Assembly: GCF_006345805.1 (NCBI RefSeq)
Contig: NC_043008.1
Span: 51,646,001-51,710,000, forward strand
DNA length: 64,000 bases
Source: Octopus sinensis
Lineage: Eukaryota
Reading direction: 5' to 3'
Under the pieces are notes generated by a model that saw only the letters and a list, made by a program, of their open reading frames with translations, was not told the origin of the DNA and ran no database searches. Positions 39,303-51,513 of this stretch are shown here, piece by piece (the first letter of the stretch is position 1; every line of letters begins with the position of its first letter). The translations under genes and the position numbers were made by a program.

Positions 39303-39817
39303 ACACACTGTCTCCCTCTTTCCGACAACACACACTTCTCTCTTTCTCTCTCTCTCTCTCTCTATCTCACTCTACTCTCTGTCTAAAAACTGTCTCCCTC
39401 TTTCCGACAAACAATCTCTCTCTCTCTCTCTCTCTAATCTCTCTCTCTCTCTCTGTCTCACACACTGTCTCCTTCTTTCCGACAACACACACTTCTCTCT
39501 TCTCTCTCTCTCTCTCTATCTCTATCTCTCTATCTCTCTCTCTCTCTCTGTCTCACACACTGTCTCCTTCTTTCCGACAACACACACTTCTCTCTTTCTC
39601 TCTGTCAATCATTCACAGACTCACTCAAAAAAGATGCGAGGAAAAATAATTTTAAAAACGTACGCTGTTACTCTTTCCTTCACACACACACACACACACA
39701 GCATACATTCTTTAAAATTTATTTCTCCTTGCATCTTTTTTGAGGGAGTGTGTGAGTGATTGACTGAGAGAGAGAGGTGTGCATTGTCAAAAAGAGAGAG
39801 AGGGGAAGTGTGTGTTG

Positions 39818-39856
<39 letters not shown>

Positions 39857-39957
39857 CGAGAGATAGAGTAACTTTTATTTATTTACTTTTTCTCACATCT
39901 TTTTTAGTGTGTTTGACAGGGAGAGAGAGAGAGAGAGAAAGGGGCATTACACTATCA

Positions 39958-39988
<31 letters not shown>

Positions 39989-40345
39989 AATTACTCACTC
40001 AAAAAAAATGTAAGGAAAAATAAATTTTAAAAATGTATGTGGTCACTCTCTCCCTCACACACATACACACACCTTCTCTTCACCAATGCAAGGAAGGAAC
40101 TTAACTCATGTTAGCAAACTTACAGATTTCACTGACATTCAAAATTGGTAAAAGTTATGGTTGAAAATCGATTTTTACCACTATCTACAGATGTCTCGGG
40201 AAAAATAAGTTGACAAAAGCACAGCCATGATCATGACCAATGTCCTCCTAAGATTGGAGCAGCATGCTTGCTAATTTGTGGACGTGCATAAATTACATTC
40301 ACGTACTCATACACACACACACATCATGCCTTTTATAGATGTAGA
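36623..40345 (-). mobile_element. Non-autonomous Helitron with a Pif1-helicase fragment
   Basis: The minus strand starts A|TC at 40345 and ends with hairpin CCTGG-ACAATG-CCAGG then CTAG|T at 36623. ORF 38092-38280 (FRRSQFPVRPCFAMSINKSQGQTL) followed by LYVA matches the RepHel helicase C-terminus. Confidence 0.8.
39070..39605. repeat. (CT)n-rich minisatellite inside the Helitron
   Basis: Repeated CTGTCTCACACACTGTCTCC..TTTCCGACAACACACACTT units separated by (CT)n. Confidence 0.85.
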
Positions 40346-40591
40346 TATATATATATACTCATGCATATACATGTATATACACATATATATGCACACACAT
40401 GCACTTACGCACACATATGTACACATAGACACATGTGCATCCATACATGTGTCTACCCATATGTACTTATATATAGTAGATCATATACAGATGCATGCAT
40501 ATACATACACACCAACATAAGCACACATGTACACATGCATATCAGTGCATACACATGTGTGCACATACCTATTTCTTTACTACCCACAAGA

Positions 40592-40801
40592 GACTAAACA
40601 CAGAGGTGACAAACAAGGACAGACACACGGATTTAGCCAATTACATCGACCCCAGTGCGTAACTGGTACTTGATTTATCGACCCCGAAAGGATAAAAGGC
40701 AAAGTCGACCTCGGCGGAATTTGAACTTAGAACGTAATGGCAGGCGAAATACGGCTACGCATTTCGCCCGGCGTGCTAACGGTTCTGCCAGCCCGCCGCC
40801 T
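40592..40801 (-). mobile_element. SINE family B, young copy
   Basis: Reverse complement GGCGGCGGGCTGGCAGAACCGTTAGCACGCCGGGCGAAATG..GTTCAAATTCCGCC, with CpGs retained. Confidence 0.85.
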
Positions 40802-41029
40802 ATGTGTGCAAATACCTGCGTTTATGTTTGTATATGCATCCAATCATATGCATATATATATGTGCATTATTATTCATGCATACACATACTCTCACCTGCA
40901 TGCACACATATGATATCTATGTGGTTGTTATGATATTATTTGTGTGTTAGTAAAGGAAGGGATGGTGAAAGAGGAGAGGGAAAGAGTTCATTGCATTATG
41001 ATCATTCTTCAATGCAGTATCTGGAAAAT

Positions 41030-42260
41030 GTATGTTTCGCATGGTGGCAATATCTTTGAATTGTCTCAATATGTCTGTTTACTAAATTTTCTTTACTCAA
41101 CAAGATACACAGTACTTCTTTAAAGCACAAGTTACATACCTGGGATAATATATGGTTGTGTGTTTTATATAATTGACCACTTGATTTCTTATTTTAGTTT
41201 TTCTTCTTGTAATCTCCATATTAGGTCTGCTAGTTATGTGGCATGTTGCCAGTTGACCTATCAGAATGAGGAGATATGGTTCCGATAACGGACCTTAAAC
41301 TGGTTTTCCGAGGCTTCTCTCTATGCTTATTTATGTTGTCATGTGGTGATTGTACATTTATATGACACTTTTTTGCATACATCGATTTATAAGTAGACAT
41401 GGAGATTTATTGTGACAGCTGCAATAATTTGCCCTATTATTATTTTGTTGTCATTTGGTGAGTTTTTGTTTTTGTTTTCATGATATTCCAGCTGATTTAC
41501 AGTATTTGCAGTGTTCTTGATATTATTGCTCGTATTGTTTCTTTTTTCACTCTTTGCTTGGCTCCTATCATAACTGCCGAGGTCACTATCCTTGTTTTTG
41601 TGATCCCTGTTGAGTTTATTTTTGTTATTGTTCCTATACACTGTGTTATTTTGTTCTGTTTTTGTGGTGGTTGTTTGCATGTATATTTTTCTATTCTTGT
41701 ATTTGTGTTTGTAGTACTCCATGTTGTTGGGCGTGGCATACAATACTTTCATTGTGTGCTTCCTGAAGATATGATGATATTTATATGTTTTAGGGAAGCA
41801 CCTATCTAACACTGCAAGGAATCCCTCACCTAATCACAATGATATTTGCTATCTGAAAATTCGGTTGAACCATAAAACCTCAGAATTTTTGTATTTTTGG
41901 CTTGGCTTTTTTAAACTGTCGTGTGTGTTGTTGCTATTTTATGAGTTGTTGTTGCTATTATTTTTATTCTTTTGGGATTTTGTTTATTTAATTTTTTTTT
42001 CCACTTTTTTCCATTCTATCTTGGGCTTCTGTGTTTATACAAATGGGAGGGTTGAAATGAAAGGAGTGTAGTGTTTCAATAATGCCATGAATCAGTACAA
42101 GACTTCCTTGTATTGTGTCATGATGAAGTGCCTCAATATAAGTACCATGTGATATGATGCCAATGAAATGAGACACAAGTGTCTCTGTTTGTCCATACAG
42201 GATCTTTGATATATATTAAATTCCTTATTTAGTATGATTGAAATTGAGGTCATTTGAATG
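41030..42260 (-). pseudogene. Penelope-like element ORF remnant (RT thumb/linker plus GIY-YIG endonuclease), Naiad/Neptune-like
   Basis: Minus-strand fragments WFNRIF..LGEGFLAVLDRCFPKTYKYHHIFRKHTMKVLY, CSCHNKSPCLLINRCMQKSVI, ENQFKVRYRNHISSF, LIWRL..IKWSII and NLVNRH..CHH follow the PLE linker and GIY-YIG pattern. Many stops. Confidence 0.8.
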
Positions 42261-42568
42261 CATAAGTGATGTAGGAAGCCTGGAAGGAGAAAAAGTGAAG
42301 GACAGAGGGATGAGAGAGAAATGAGATTAGTGAAGTGCCTTGCTCAAGGATATTCCTGCAACAGGATATAGACCAAAAATGTTCTGGTGGGAGTCAGATA
42401 TTAAATATTCAATCATGAATACAGGTTTTCTATTTTAAAATAGGTTCCCAACTACATGGCTTGGTGTTCAATCCCTCCATGTGTAACCTCTACTAAAGAC
42501 CTGACAATGATGATGATGATGATATATTTATAAGGAATAAAACGTTTCTGGTATTATACAGAATAGTA

Positions 42569-42892
42569 TATTGGTAATAATAATAGGACTAATGAGAAGG
42601 AATGAAGGAATTCTTTTTTGGTTTATTGATATTCAGGTACAGAAAGGAAATGAAATGGAATGAAATAGAATTAAATAAAGTGAAACAATGTAGAATACCC
42701 CTGAAGCACAACCATTCTCAAATGTTTGATGGAATTTCTGAAACATTATAACATAAATATTGTATTTTATTTTATTTTATTTTAATTCATTCCATTTCAT
42801 TTCCTTGGAAATATTTGAAGATTTTCTGTACCTTTATATAAATAAACTAAGGAAGAGGTCCTTTATTTCTTCTAACTTTATTATTACCAATA
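42569..42892. repeat. Imperfect fold-back element
   Basis: About 42569-42690 is inverted relative to about 42759-42892. Confidence 0.6.
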
Positions 42893-43423
42893 AATGTATG
42901 TATGTATGTGTGTATGTATGTATGTATGTATGTATGTATGTATGTATGGATGGATGGATGCATGGATGGATGCATGGATGGATGGATGGATGGATGCATG
43001 GATGGATGGATGCATGTATGTATGTATGGGTGGATGGATGAATGGATGGATGGATGGATGGATGGATGGATGGATTGATGCATGTATGTATGCATGTATG
43101 TATGCAAGTAAGTTGTATGTATGTATGTGTGTGTGTATGTATGTAGGTATGTGTGTGTGTATGTGTGTGTGGTGTGTGTGTGTGTGTTTGTTTGTGTCTC
43201 CTTGTCTTGACATCATAGCATAGTTAGTCATAAATCCTCCATTTCCAGTCTACTGTGAAAATATGTCAGACCAGGAAGAAATATGACCTTGCTTGGAATC
43301 AGGTGAGGGTTGGTGACAGGAAGGGCATCAGGCCATAGAAAACCTCAACACATTCTGTTATAAAACCATGCAAGCATGAAAATAATAGATGTTATAATTA
43401 AGAGGGTAATGATGATGATATAG

Positions 43424-43584
43424 ATGCAGGTATAGCTGTCATATTGAGAAGTTTGCATCATTGAGAAGATTTCAGGTTCAGTTCCACTGCACAGCACCTT
43501 GGGCAAATATCTTCTACTATAGCCCTAGGCTGACCAGAGTATTGTGAGTGGATTTGATAGACAGAAACTGAAAGAAGCCCATTG
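43424..43584 (+). mobile_element. SINE family A head, diverged
   Basis: GGTTCAGTTCCACTG..CCTTGGGCAA..GTGAGTGGATTTG..GAAACTGAAAGAAGCC. Confidence 0.7.
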
Positions 43585-44730
43585 TATGTGTATGTACACG
43601 CCCCCCCCCCACACACACATGTACTAATTTATTTCGCCAGCTGCTACCTCCCTAATATGGTCAATTAGAATTGATCAAACTCCCTTTCTTATCCAGTGAG
43701 TAACTCCACCCCTTCTAACACCAGTCCACCTGTGATTATCTTAGTTGGCTTACCTACTTACCTTTTCCTTCATCCCCTCCTCCTCTGGGATATGCCTCCA
43801 GTGTGTATAAATTTTGGTTGCTGCTTGTCTCCAACTTGTATTTCTTTGTCGATTTTCTGATGATACATTTGCCGCATGCTTGCTCTCTAAGCTGCTTCTA
43901 TTGGTTGCATTTGTAGTGTGACATCATGTATTACTGAATACTGAATCATATGTAACAAATGGAATAAAGGAGCACCAAACTATGCCCATATTTTCTCCTC
44001 TTACTATTACACACACACCTTTAGGCAGCAATTTAGCACAGTGTGGATGACTCTCTCAGAGTACCAACTGTTAAAACACCTGAAAATCATAGGCAGAGAA
44101 GACAACTCACTCCAAATCCCATTCAGGAGGGATGGACATTGATGCTTCACCATTTTTGTGGTTTATCAATGTCAGGTACCTGAACTGAATTAGAGGCACA
44201 TTGAATCGCCAGTTTATGACAATATTCCAATAGTGTAAAAACTATTTGCTTGTCTGCCCTGATGATGTATACAAGTGTAATATGAATATATTTATAGTCA
44301 CAGGGTCAGAGATATATGTACATATATTTGATCATATGGATATGTATTACTAAATTTATATGTTACTTATATATTGTTAATGTACATGTATATCTCCTTA
44401 TAAATTTGTGTATCTAAAGAAAATGCATCAGACTTATGCCTTCATCTGGTTTCATAGGTAATTTCATGCATTATATGTATATATTTACCTACAATATTAT
44501 AATATAAATGCAAATAGTGACACTAGAAACAGACTAGAAATCTATTTGGAATAAGATGGGTCTTCAATCCTAAACTTCTCAAAACACACAGTTTATTATT
44601 TCTTAACAGAAATCTAATAACACCAACACCGATTCAACCTCAGTCTGCCACATGCTAGCTGACCAATTGATTCATCTACAAATATGGTTTTGTGAGCCCT
44701 AAAGCAAAACAAATCCAGCTTTCTATACAA

Positions 44731-44866
44731 TTGCTAACCAACCACATGTGTCCGGGTTCAGTCCCACTGCGTGGCATCTTGGGCAAGTGTCTTCTGCTAT
44801 AGCCCCGGGCCGACCAATGCCTTGTGAGTGGATTTGGTAGACGGAAACTGAAAGAAGCCTGTCGTA

Positions 44867-44929
<63 letters not shown>

Positions 44930-45135
44930 CTGTCCCCCTAGCATTGCTTGACAACCGATGCTGGTGTGTTTGTGTCCCTGTCTCTTAGCGGTTCGGCAAA
45001 AGAGACCGATAGAATAAGTACTGGGCTTACAAAGAATAAGTCCCGGGGTCGATTTGCTCGACTGAAGGCGGTGCTCCAGCATGGCCGCAGTCAAATGACT
45101 GAAACAAGTAAAAGAGTAAAAGAGAGTAAAAGAGT
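44731..45135 (+). mobile_element. SINE family A, slightly 5'-truncated young copy
   Basis: Near-identical to 13503-13920 from TTGCTAACCAACCAC onward. Confidence 0.88.
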
Positions 45136-45426
45136 ATGCGCCGCACTTCACACATGTGTATGCGCAGTTACTGTCATGCTTGACTGAATCCTAAACAATA
45201 ACACAATTCCCGCATCAAACCAAACAAATTTCCCTCACAACAGCTTTCTATCAACTCACATCCTACATAAATATACTTTCCTCCTGTCCTACTCTATCCC
45301 CTCCCTCGATAAACACTTCACCACCCTATCTATACCACACCTAATTATCACTTCCTGCAGCTCTGCCTACCCCCACCCACTAAAAACATGCCAAAGACTG
45401 TAAAGTCAAACCAAACAAAAATAAAG

Positions 45427-45471
45427 CACAGTCTGATGAAGGCAATTGACTGAAAATTCAAAGATTCTGTG
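45427..45471 (+). ncRNA. Hammerhead-like motif, partly decayed
   Basis: CACAGT CTGATGA AGGC-AATT-GACT GAAA ATTCAAAGATT CTGTG, preceded by a C-rich tract. Confidence 0.45.
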
Positions 45472-45597
45472 TACTTTTGCCTTGTAAAAGTTTAATAATC
45501 ATGTACTTGACTAAAAGGTAATGAATGATTCTTCAGTTTAATTTTAAACTGTTTTTATATATAACATGACATAATAAAACACTACTATATATTTATG

Positions 45598-45633
<36 letters not shown>

Positions 45634-45654
45634 TTTATTCAGTATGTCCATTAT

Positions 45655-46992
45655 CTTCATCATCATCATCATCATCACTTAATGTCTGTTGTCCATGCTG
45701 GCATGGGTTGAACAGTTTGACCAGGGCTACACCAGACACCGGTTTGATTTGGCATGGTTTCTATGGATGAATACCTGCCCTTCCTATGACAAACCACTCT
45801 GAGAGTGTAATGGGTGCTTTTATGTGCCACCAGCACGAGTGCCAGTTGTATGACAGCAGTATCCCCCACAAGTAGGATTTCACTTGGTTTGATGTGTTTT
45901 CTTTTCAAGCACAGTATATTGCCAAAGGTTTCAGTTATTTGTCATTGCCTCTGCAAGGCCCAATGCTCAAAAGGTGTTTTTTATGTGCTGCACAACACTG
46001 GTATCAGCCACATTGCCCCCATGAGGCCCAAAACTCAACAGGTGCTTTTTATATGCCACCACCGTGGGTCCCAGATGCCTCCATGAAGCCCAGTGCTTGA
46101 AAGGTGCTTTTTACAAGCCATTGGCATTGGTGCTAATTATGTGAGCTGGCATCAGCCACTTAGCTTGATGGGTTTGCTAGAGATCTTGGTCACTAGTCAT
46201 TGACTCTGTGAGGCCCAACGTTTGAAGATCATGCTTCACCCCTTTGTCCCATATCTACTTGGGTCTACCACTTCCACAAGTCCCCTCCATAGTTAGAGAT
46301 CGGCGCTTCTTTACACAGCTGTCCTCATCTATATGTATCACATGACCATACTAGCACAGTCGGCTCTCTTGCTCACCACATCTAATGCCTCTTATACCCA
46401 ACTTTTCTCTCAAGGTGCTTACAGTCTATTGTACATGCACACTGATACTGTACATCTCACAAAGCATACTAGCCTCGTTTCCTTCAAGCCTATTCATGTC
46501 CTCAGTGGTCACAGCCCTTCTTTCACTGCCACGTGACACAGCTATTCACACACAGGCATCATACAGTCTGCCTTTCACTCTGAGGGAGAGAGCCTTTGTT
46601 GCCAACAGAGGTAGGAGCTCTCTGAACTTTGCCCAACACATTCTTATTCTCGCTGCTACACTCTTAGGGCATTCATCTCTACCACTGATTTGGTCACCTA
46701 GATAACGGAAGCTATTGACTACCTCTAGCTTATCCACACTGGCATTTGATGGAAGCTATTTTCTGGCTATATTTAGTGTCTATTGTACCCGTGCACCTTC
46801 CACAAACAAAACCTATTTTCCCAGTTAACCTTCTTCTCGCCTCTTATGTGTCCATAACTTGCACCGAGTACATCTTATGGAATTTTTGCTTACACCTTCC
46901 TTACAGATTGAGCAGGGCCATCTACTGGGGCTATGTGCAGTTTGCTTGCTTTCCTACTTACTAAGTCTTTGGTTTTTGCTAGGTTAACTCTA
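45655..46992 (-). mobile_element. Older RTE LINE 3' fragment
   Basis: ORF 46546-46737 (LEVVNSFRYLGD..WAKFRELLPLL), 3' UTR and (CAT)n tail. Confidence 0.85.
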
Positions 46993-47009
46993 AACTAAGA
47001 CTTTGGTTT

Positions 47010-47043
<34 letters not shown>

Positions 47044-47047
<4 letters not shown>

Positions 47048-47205
47048 AAATAAGAAAATGGAGAAACACATCTTAATCAATGATCAACTACCAGATAATA
47101 CCCAATCACATAATTTATTGTAGTGGTTTAATAAATTATGTGATTGGGTATTATCTGGTAGTCGATTATTGATTAAGGTGTATTTCTCCATTTTCTTATT
47201 TTGTA
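47044..47205. repeat. Near-perfect inverted repeat (about 75-bp arms, 10-nt spacer)
   Basis: TACAAAATAAGAAAATGGAGAAA..ATAATTTATT / AATAAATTAT..TTTCTCCATTTTCTTATTTTGTA. Confidence 0.85.
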
Positions 47206-47494
47206 TTATTAATTTGTGGTAAAACATTTTACCTTTGCCCATATAATACAGTAAATGAATTAATTGCATCGCAATTCTTAACATTTATGTATTAACTTTG
47301 TTGGGTGCTTTACTAGCAGTATATTGGATATATGTTATCCCATGGAGGGTTGCACTTACAACCCCTATCTCAATTTGTATATATATATACAAGTAATAGG
47401 CCACTTTACACTAGGCCACTTGGTGTTTTAAATTGATGTTATTAATTAATATTCAATTTTTTTCACCCTTATTGTGATTTTAATAATATATATT

Positions 47495-47556
<62 letters not shown>

Positions 47557-47838
47557 TATATACATATATACATATATATATACATATATACATATATATA
47601 TCACCATCATTATCATGTCATGTCTATCGTCTATGCTGGTATGGGTTGGATGGTTTGACTAAACTTGGTAAGCTGAAGGGCTGTACTAGATTCCAGTCTC
47701 ATTTGGCATGGTTTCTATGACTGAATGCCCTTCCTAATGCCAACCACAGCCAGAGTATAATGAGTGGTTTTACATGCCACAGGCATGGGTGCTATTTGTG
47801 TGACACCAGTATCTGCCATGACTATGGTGCATGTATGT

Positions 47839-48625
47839 CTATTCCTTCTGTTTTGCATATGTGAATTACAGGGTTTGTCGCGCCCGGAGTCCCACTTTGA
47901 TAGAAATAAGCATTCTTGACTGCTATTTCTATTTTTTCGGTATGCGGTCAAGCAACCTGTTGCCTGTCCCTTTTTCTTATATACAATATATATACTGAAC
48001 TTTACAGAAGTTCCTGCCGGTAATCGGCTATATTTACATACCGAATTCTACCAGTAAATAATTGTGGTTTTTTTAAAAACCTTTATAGAAATTATTTACC
48101 CTTATTATTATATTACTAATTGGATTTTTCACTCCCTTACGACAACCCAATAGTTCCTACTCCTATGGAACTATTTTTGTAGTGCGCATGGCAAAATTTT
48201 GGAGGGAAGATTTACGAATTCAAACGTCTATGTAGGTTTAGCCTTTGCTCGCTTTCTTCAAATATTTTGATGTCGCATGGTCAGAAGGTTTGAGGTACGT
48301 AGCATTTGATAAATCTATGATAAATCTATTTCAATGGAAAGCTGTGCTGAAGAAGGATGTGAAATATATATGCAATGTATATGAAATATATATCAAAAAT
48401 ATATATGAAATATATATTCAATATGTTTATAATCCAGAAACATGATGTTCACAGATAACCACCAGACTTCGTTTTCGATATCTATTCCTTCTGTTTTGCA
48501 TATGTGAATTACAGGGTTTGTCGCGCCCGGAGTCCCACTTTGATAGAAATAAGCATTCTTGACTGCTATTTCTATTTTTTCGGTATGCGGTCAAGCAACC
48601 TGTTGCCTGTCCCTTTTTCTTATAT
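47839..48625. mobile_element. Element bounded by about 143-bp identical direct repeats (pLTR-like tandem)
   Basis: About 47839-47982 is repeated at about 48481-48625, and the element ends in (TA)n. Confidence 0.65.
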
Positions 48626-48640
48626 ATATATATATATATA

Positions 48641-49447
48641 TAGGGAGAATTTATGAAAAAAACAAAAGACGAAGACAAGTGGTGTACAAAACAAACAGAT
48701 GTATTAGTATAACGCTCAGGAATAGAAAAAGTCTTTCATGTTTCGAGCCTACGCTCTTCTACAGAAAGGAACACAGAAAAACAAGGAGAGAAAAAAATGT
48801 GTGTAGTGGCTAATGATCTATCTTGGCGACTGACTTCGGACAGAAGGGTCACACATGAGAGGGAAGAAGTAGGGGAGATAACAAAGTAAAGATGACCCCC
48901 CCCAGCACAAAGGTGCGTGTGTGTATAAGAGAGTATGTATGTGCGTGTGAAAGAAGGCTGGTGGTCTGGACGTGTGCGTGTATGTACGTGTAGGTGTGAA
49001 AATGTGGGGATGGGTGTGTGGGTGGCGTGTTGTGATGTGATGTGTAATGTTGTATGGTGTAGTGTGGTGTGGTGTGATGTTGTTGGGAGGTGGGAGAGGC
49101 GAGAGTGGTGAAAGCACGGGAGGGGTGTGGGTTCGGCTGAGGGTTGGGGTAGAGTTGGGGTTTGTGGGTAGGCAGGGGTGGGGGTAGAGGTCGGGTATGT
49201 GGGAGAGGGTGTGTGGGATAGGATGGAGGGATGGGAAGGATAGGGAAGGTGGAGTAGGAATGTGTAGGGGTGGGCTTATGGGGGAGGAGAAGGTGGGTAT
49301 GTGAGGAAAGAGAGGAGGAGAGAAGAAAGAAAGAGAAAGAGAGAAAGAGAGTAAGAGAGAAGAGGGAAAGAGAAGTAGGAGTGAAGAGAAGTAGGAGTAA
49401 AGAGATGTAGGAGTCGGAGCAAGAGAGAAGAGTTGGGTGGGAGGAAG
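48641..49447 (-). mobile_element. Penelope-like 3' region with variant hammerhead and pyrimidine-rich tract
   Basis: Minus strand 48733-48768 reads CTTT CTGTAGA AGAGC-GTAG-GCTC GAAACATG AAAG (non-canonical core). Related to the 32580/55887 family and bounded by (TA)n. Confidence 0.55.
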
Positions 49448-49736
49448 TATATATATATATATATATATATAGCAATTAAGGACAACTACTTAATAAGGAA
49501 AACTTAACAAGAAATTGTCAGGTAGATAGCGTGAAAACCTCATAAGAGAAAAAATTTCGAAAATAATTATTTCTTATTGAACATATTAATTTATATATAG
49601 AGGGCATTATACATCCATGCCAGATGGCATTATACATACATGCCACACGCTAAGAGGGACATTTAGTCATTTCTACCAAAAATATTACTAATCCCACCGA
49701 ATGCAATTTTTCAAAGTAAGACATTTAAAAAATATA

Positions 49737-49782
49737 GACCTGTATCACAGTGATTTCATACTTACGTATTCATCAGCAGGCC
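49737..49782 (-). ncRNA. Type I hammerhead ribozyme, canonical
   Basis: Exact reverse complement of 50242-50287. Confidence 0.88.
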
Positions 49783-50241
49783 TGGATGTATCATACATAA
49801 ACGACCCTGCCTCGCTTAAGCCGATCAGCTAACTGATCAACATCAACGAAGCACATGGGTGATTTTACATATATTACATCCTGTAAATGTCGGACTTTTA
49901 CGAATTGCATTTCGGGAAAGGAAAAGTTTTTTCGGAATAAAAATTTAGCAATTAAGGACAACTACTTAATAAGGAAAACTTAACAAGAAATTTTTTTTTC
50001 TCTTATGAGGTTTTCACGCTATCTACCTGACAATTTCTTGTTAAGTTTTCCTTATTAAGTAGTTGTCCTTAATTGCTAAATTTTTATTCCGAAAAAACTT
50101 TTCCTTTCCCGAAATGCAATTCGTAAAAGTCCGACATTTACAGGATGTAATATATGTAAACTCACCCATGTGCTTCGTTGATGTTGATCAGTTAGCTGAT
50201 CGGCTTAAGCGAGGCAGGGTCGTTTATGTATGATACATCCA

Positions 50242-50287
50242 GGCCTGCTGATGAATACGTAAGTATGAAATCACTGTGATACAGGTC
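50242..50287 (+). ncRNA. Type I hammerhead ribozyme, canonical
   Basis: GGCCTG CTGATGA ATAC-GTAA-GTAT GAAA TCACTGTGA TA CAGGTC. 6-bp stem I, GNRA-capped stem II and quasi-palindromic stem III, with predicted cleavage after 50281 (AUA). Confidence 0.88.
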
Positions 50288-50433
50288 TATATTTTTTAAA
50301 TGTCTTACTTTGAAAAATTGCATTCGGTGGGATTAGTAATATTTTTGGTAGAAATGACTAAATGTCCCTCTTAGCGTGTGGCATGTATGTATAATGCCAT
50401 CTGGCATGGATGTATAATGCCCTCTATATATAA

Positions 50434-50478
<45 letters not shown>

Positions 50479-51289
50479 TACATACTTTCTTTTTGGAATG
50501 GTGAAACTTAAAGCAGATGAAAGCTATAGATAATAGCATGTAAGTATTGGGTTAACAGACCCCTTGAATAAAAAAGTTTGATGGCTGCCTTTGGGTCTCA
50601 GACCCACATCTTATGTGTATATGCATCAATTATTCAGATTTTAAAACATCTGTAATAACTGCCAAATATATTGCAATAGCTGGGATGCATTTCTTCAAAA
50701 TCCTTCTACCTCCTTTGAACTTGTAATTTTGTGCCACCCTCCCCCCCTTAAACACACAATCATTCAAAATACTAAGAATTGCAAAACATTATGTATTATT
50801 TTAACTGATGAAAGACTATTCCTTATTTTTGTCTCCTTTACAGTTTGTAAATACAGTTAAACAGACGAAAGTACAGAAATCAATGACACTCATCTCTAAG
50901 AACATTTCATATAGAAATTCCAATCAACTTCATTTACAAAAGATCTTAATAAACAAAAACAAAAAGGAAAATTAGTATTTGTCAAGAAGATCCACTTCAT
51001 TCCATCTACCACCATGTTACTTAATTTCTGTTGGTGTATTTTAGTCTTCGTCTGTCTTCATTTTGCAAGTAAGTTCTTTTTGTTATATTTATTATTTATT
51101 TATGAAATCACTGAGTATGGCTGTGTACGATCAAGCAGTTTGTTTCCAGGTCAGTTTCTATTGTATGACACCTTGGATTATTGTCTTGTACAATAGTCTC
51201 ACGTCAACCAAAGACTATGGAGTGGAATTTCATATATAAAGATTTTGTAGAGTCTATTTCTGTTCCTGTTCTTGGTTTAATCTTTTTCA

Positions 51290-51504
51290 TACTAAACTAC
51301 CTGAAATTGCACCTGGTTGAATAATACAAGCTTCCTGTTTTAAAATAATCCAAATGGAAACCTTACATCAAACTTTCATGTCAATTTATGTTCCAAATAA
51401 CAGCTTAATAACGACACAGTTATTTTACTAAATTCTTTATTATTTTCAAAAGTAATAGACAAAAGCAATGTATTTCAACAGAAATATGGTAGAAAATGGT
51501 TTAA
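51290..51504. repeat. MITE-like repeat ending in TTAA (related copy at about 4590-4690)
   Basis: Shared TTTTACT..AAATTCTT..TTATTTTCAAAA..AGAAATATGGTA..AAAATGG(G)TTAA. Confidence 0.5.
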
Positions 51505-51513
51505 TGCTATCAC

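Larger units (their letters stand above)
49471..50437. mobile_element. Retrozyme-like / non-autonomous Penelope-like element: 476-bp unit plus an inverted copy
   Basis: Direct repeat starting at 49471 and 49947. About 49589-49992 is inverted relative to about 50032-50437 with near-identity. No ORF, (TA)n on both flanks, two perfect hammerheads. Confidence 0.8.

Noticed and set aside
48849-49475. 208-aa Pro/Leu/Ser/His-rich ORF
   Set aside because: Low-complexity pyrimidine-rich tract of a repeat, open only because of base composition.
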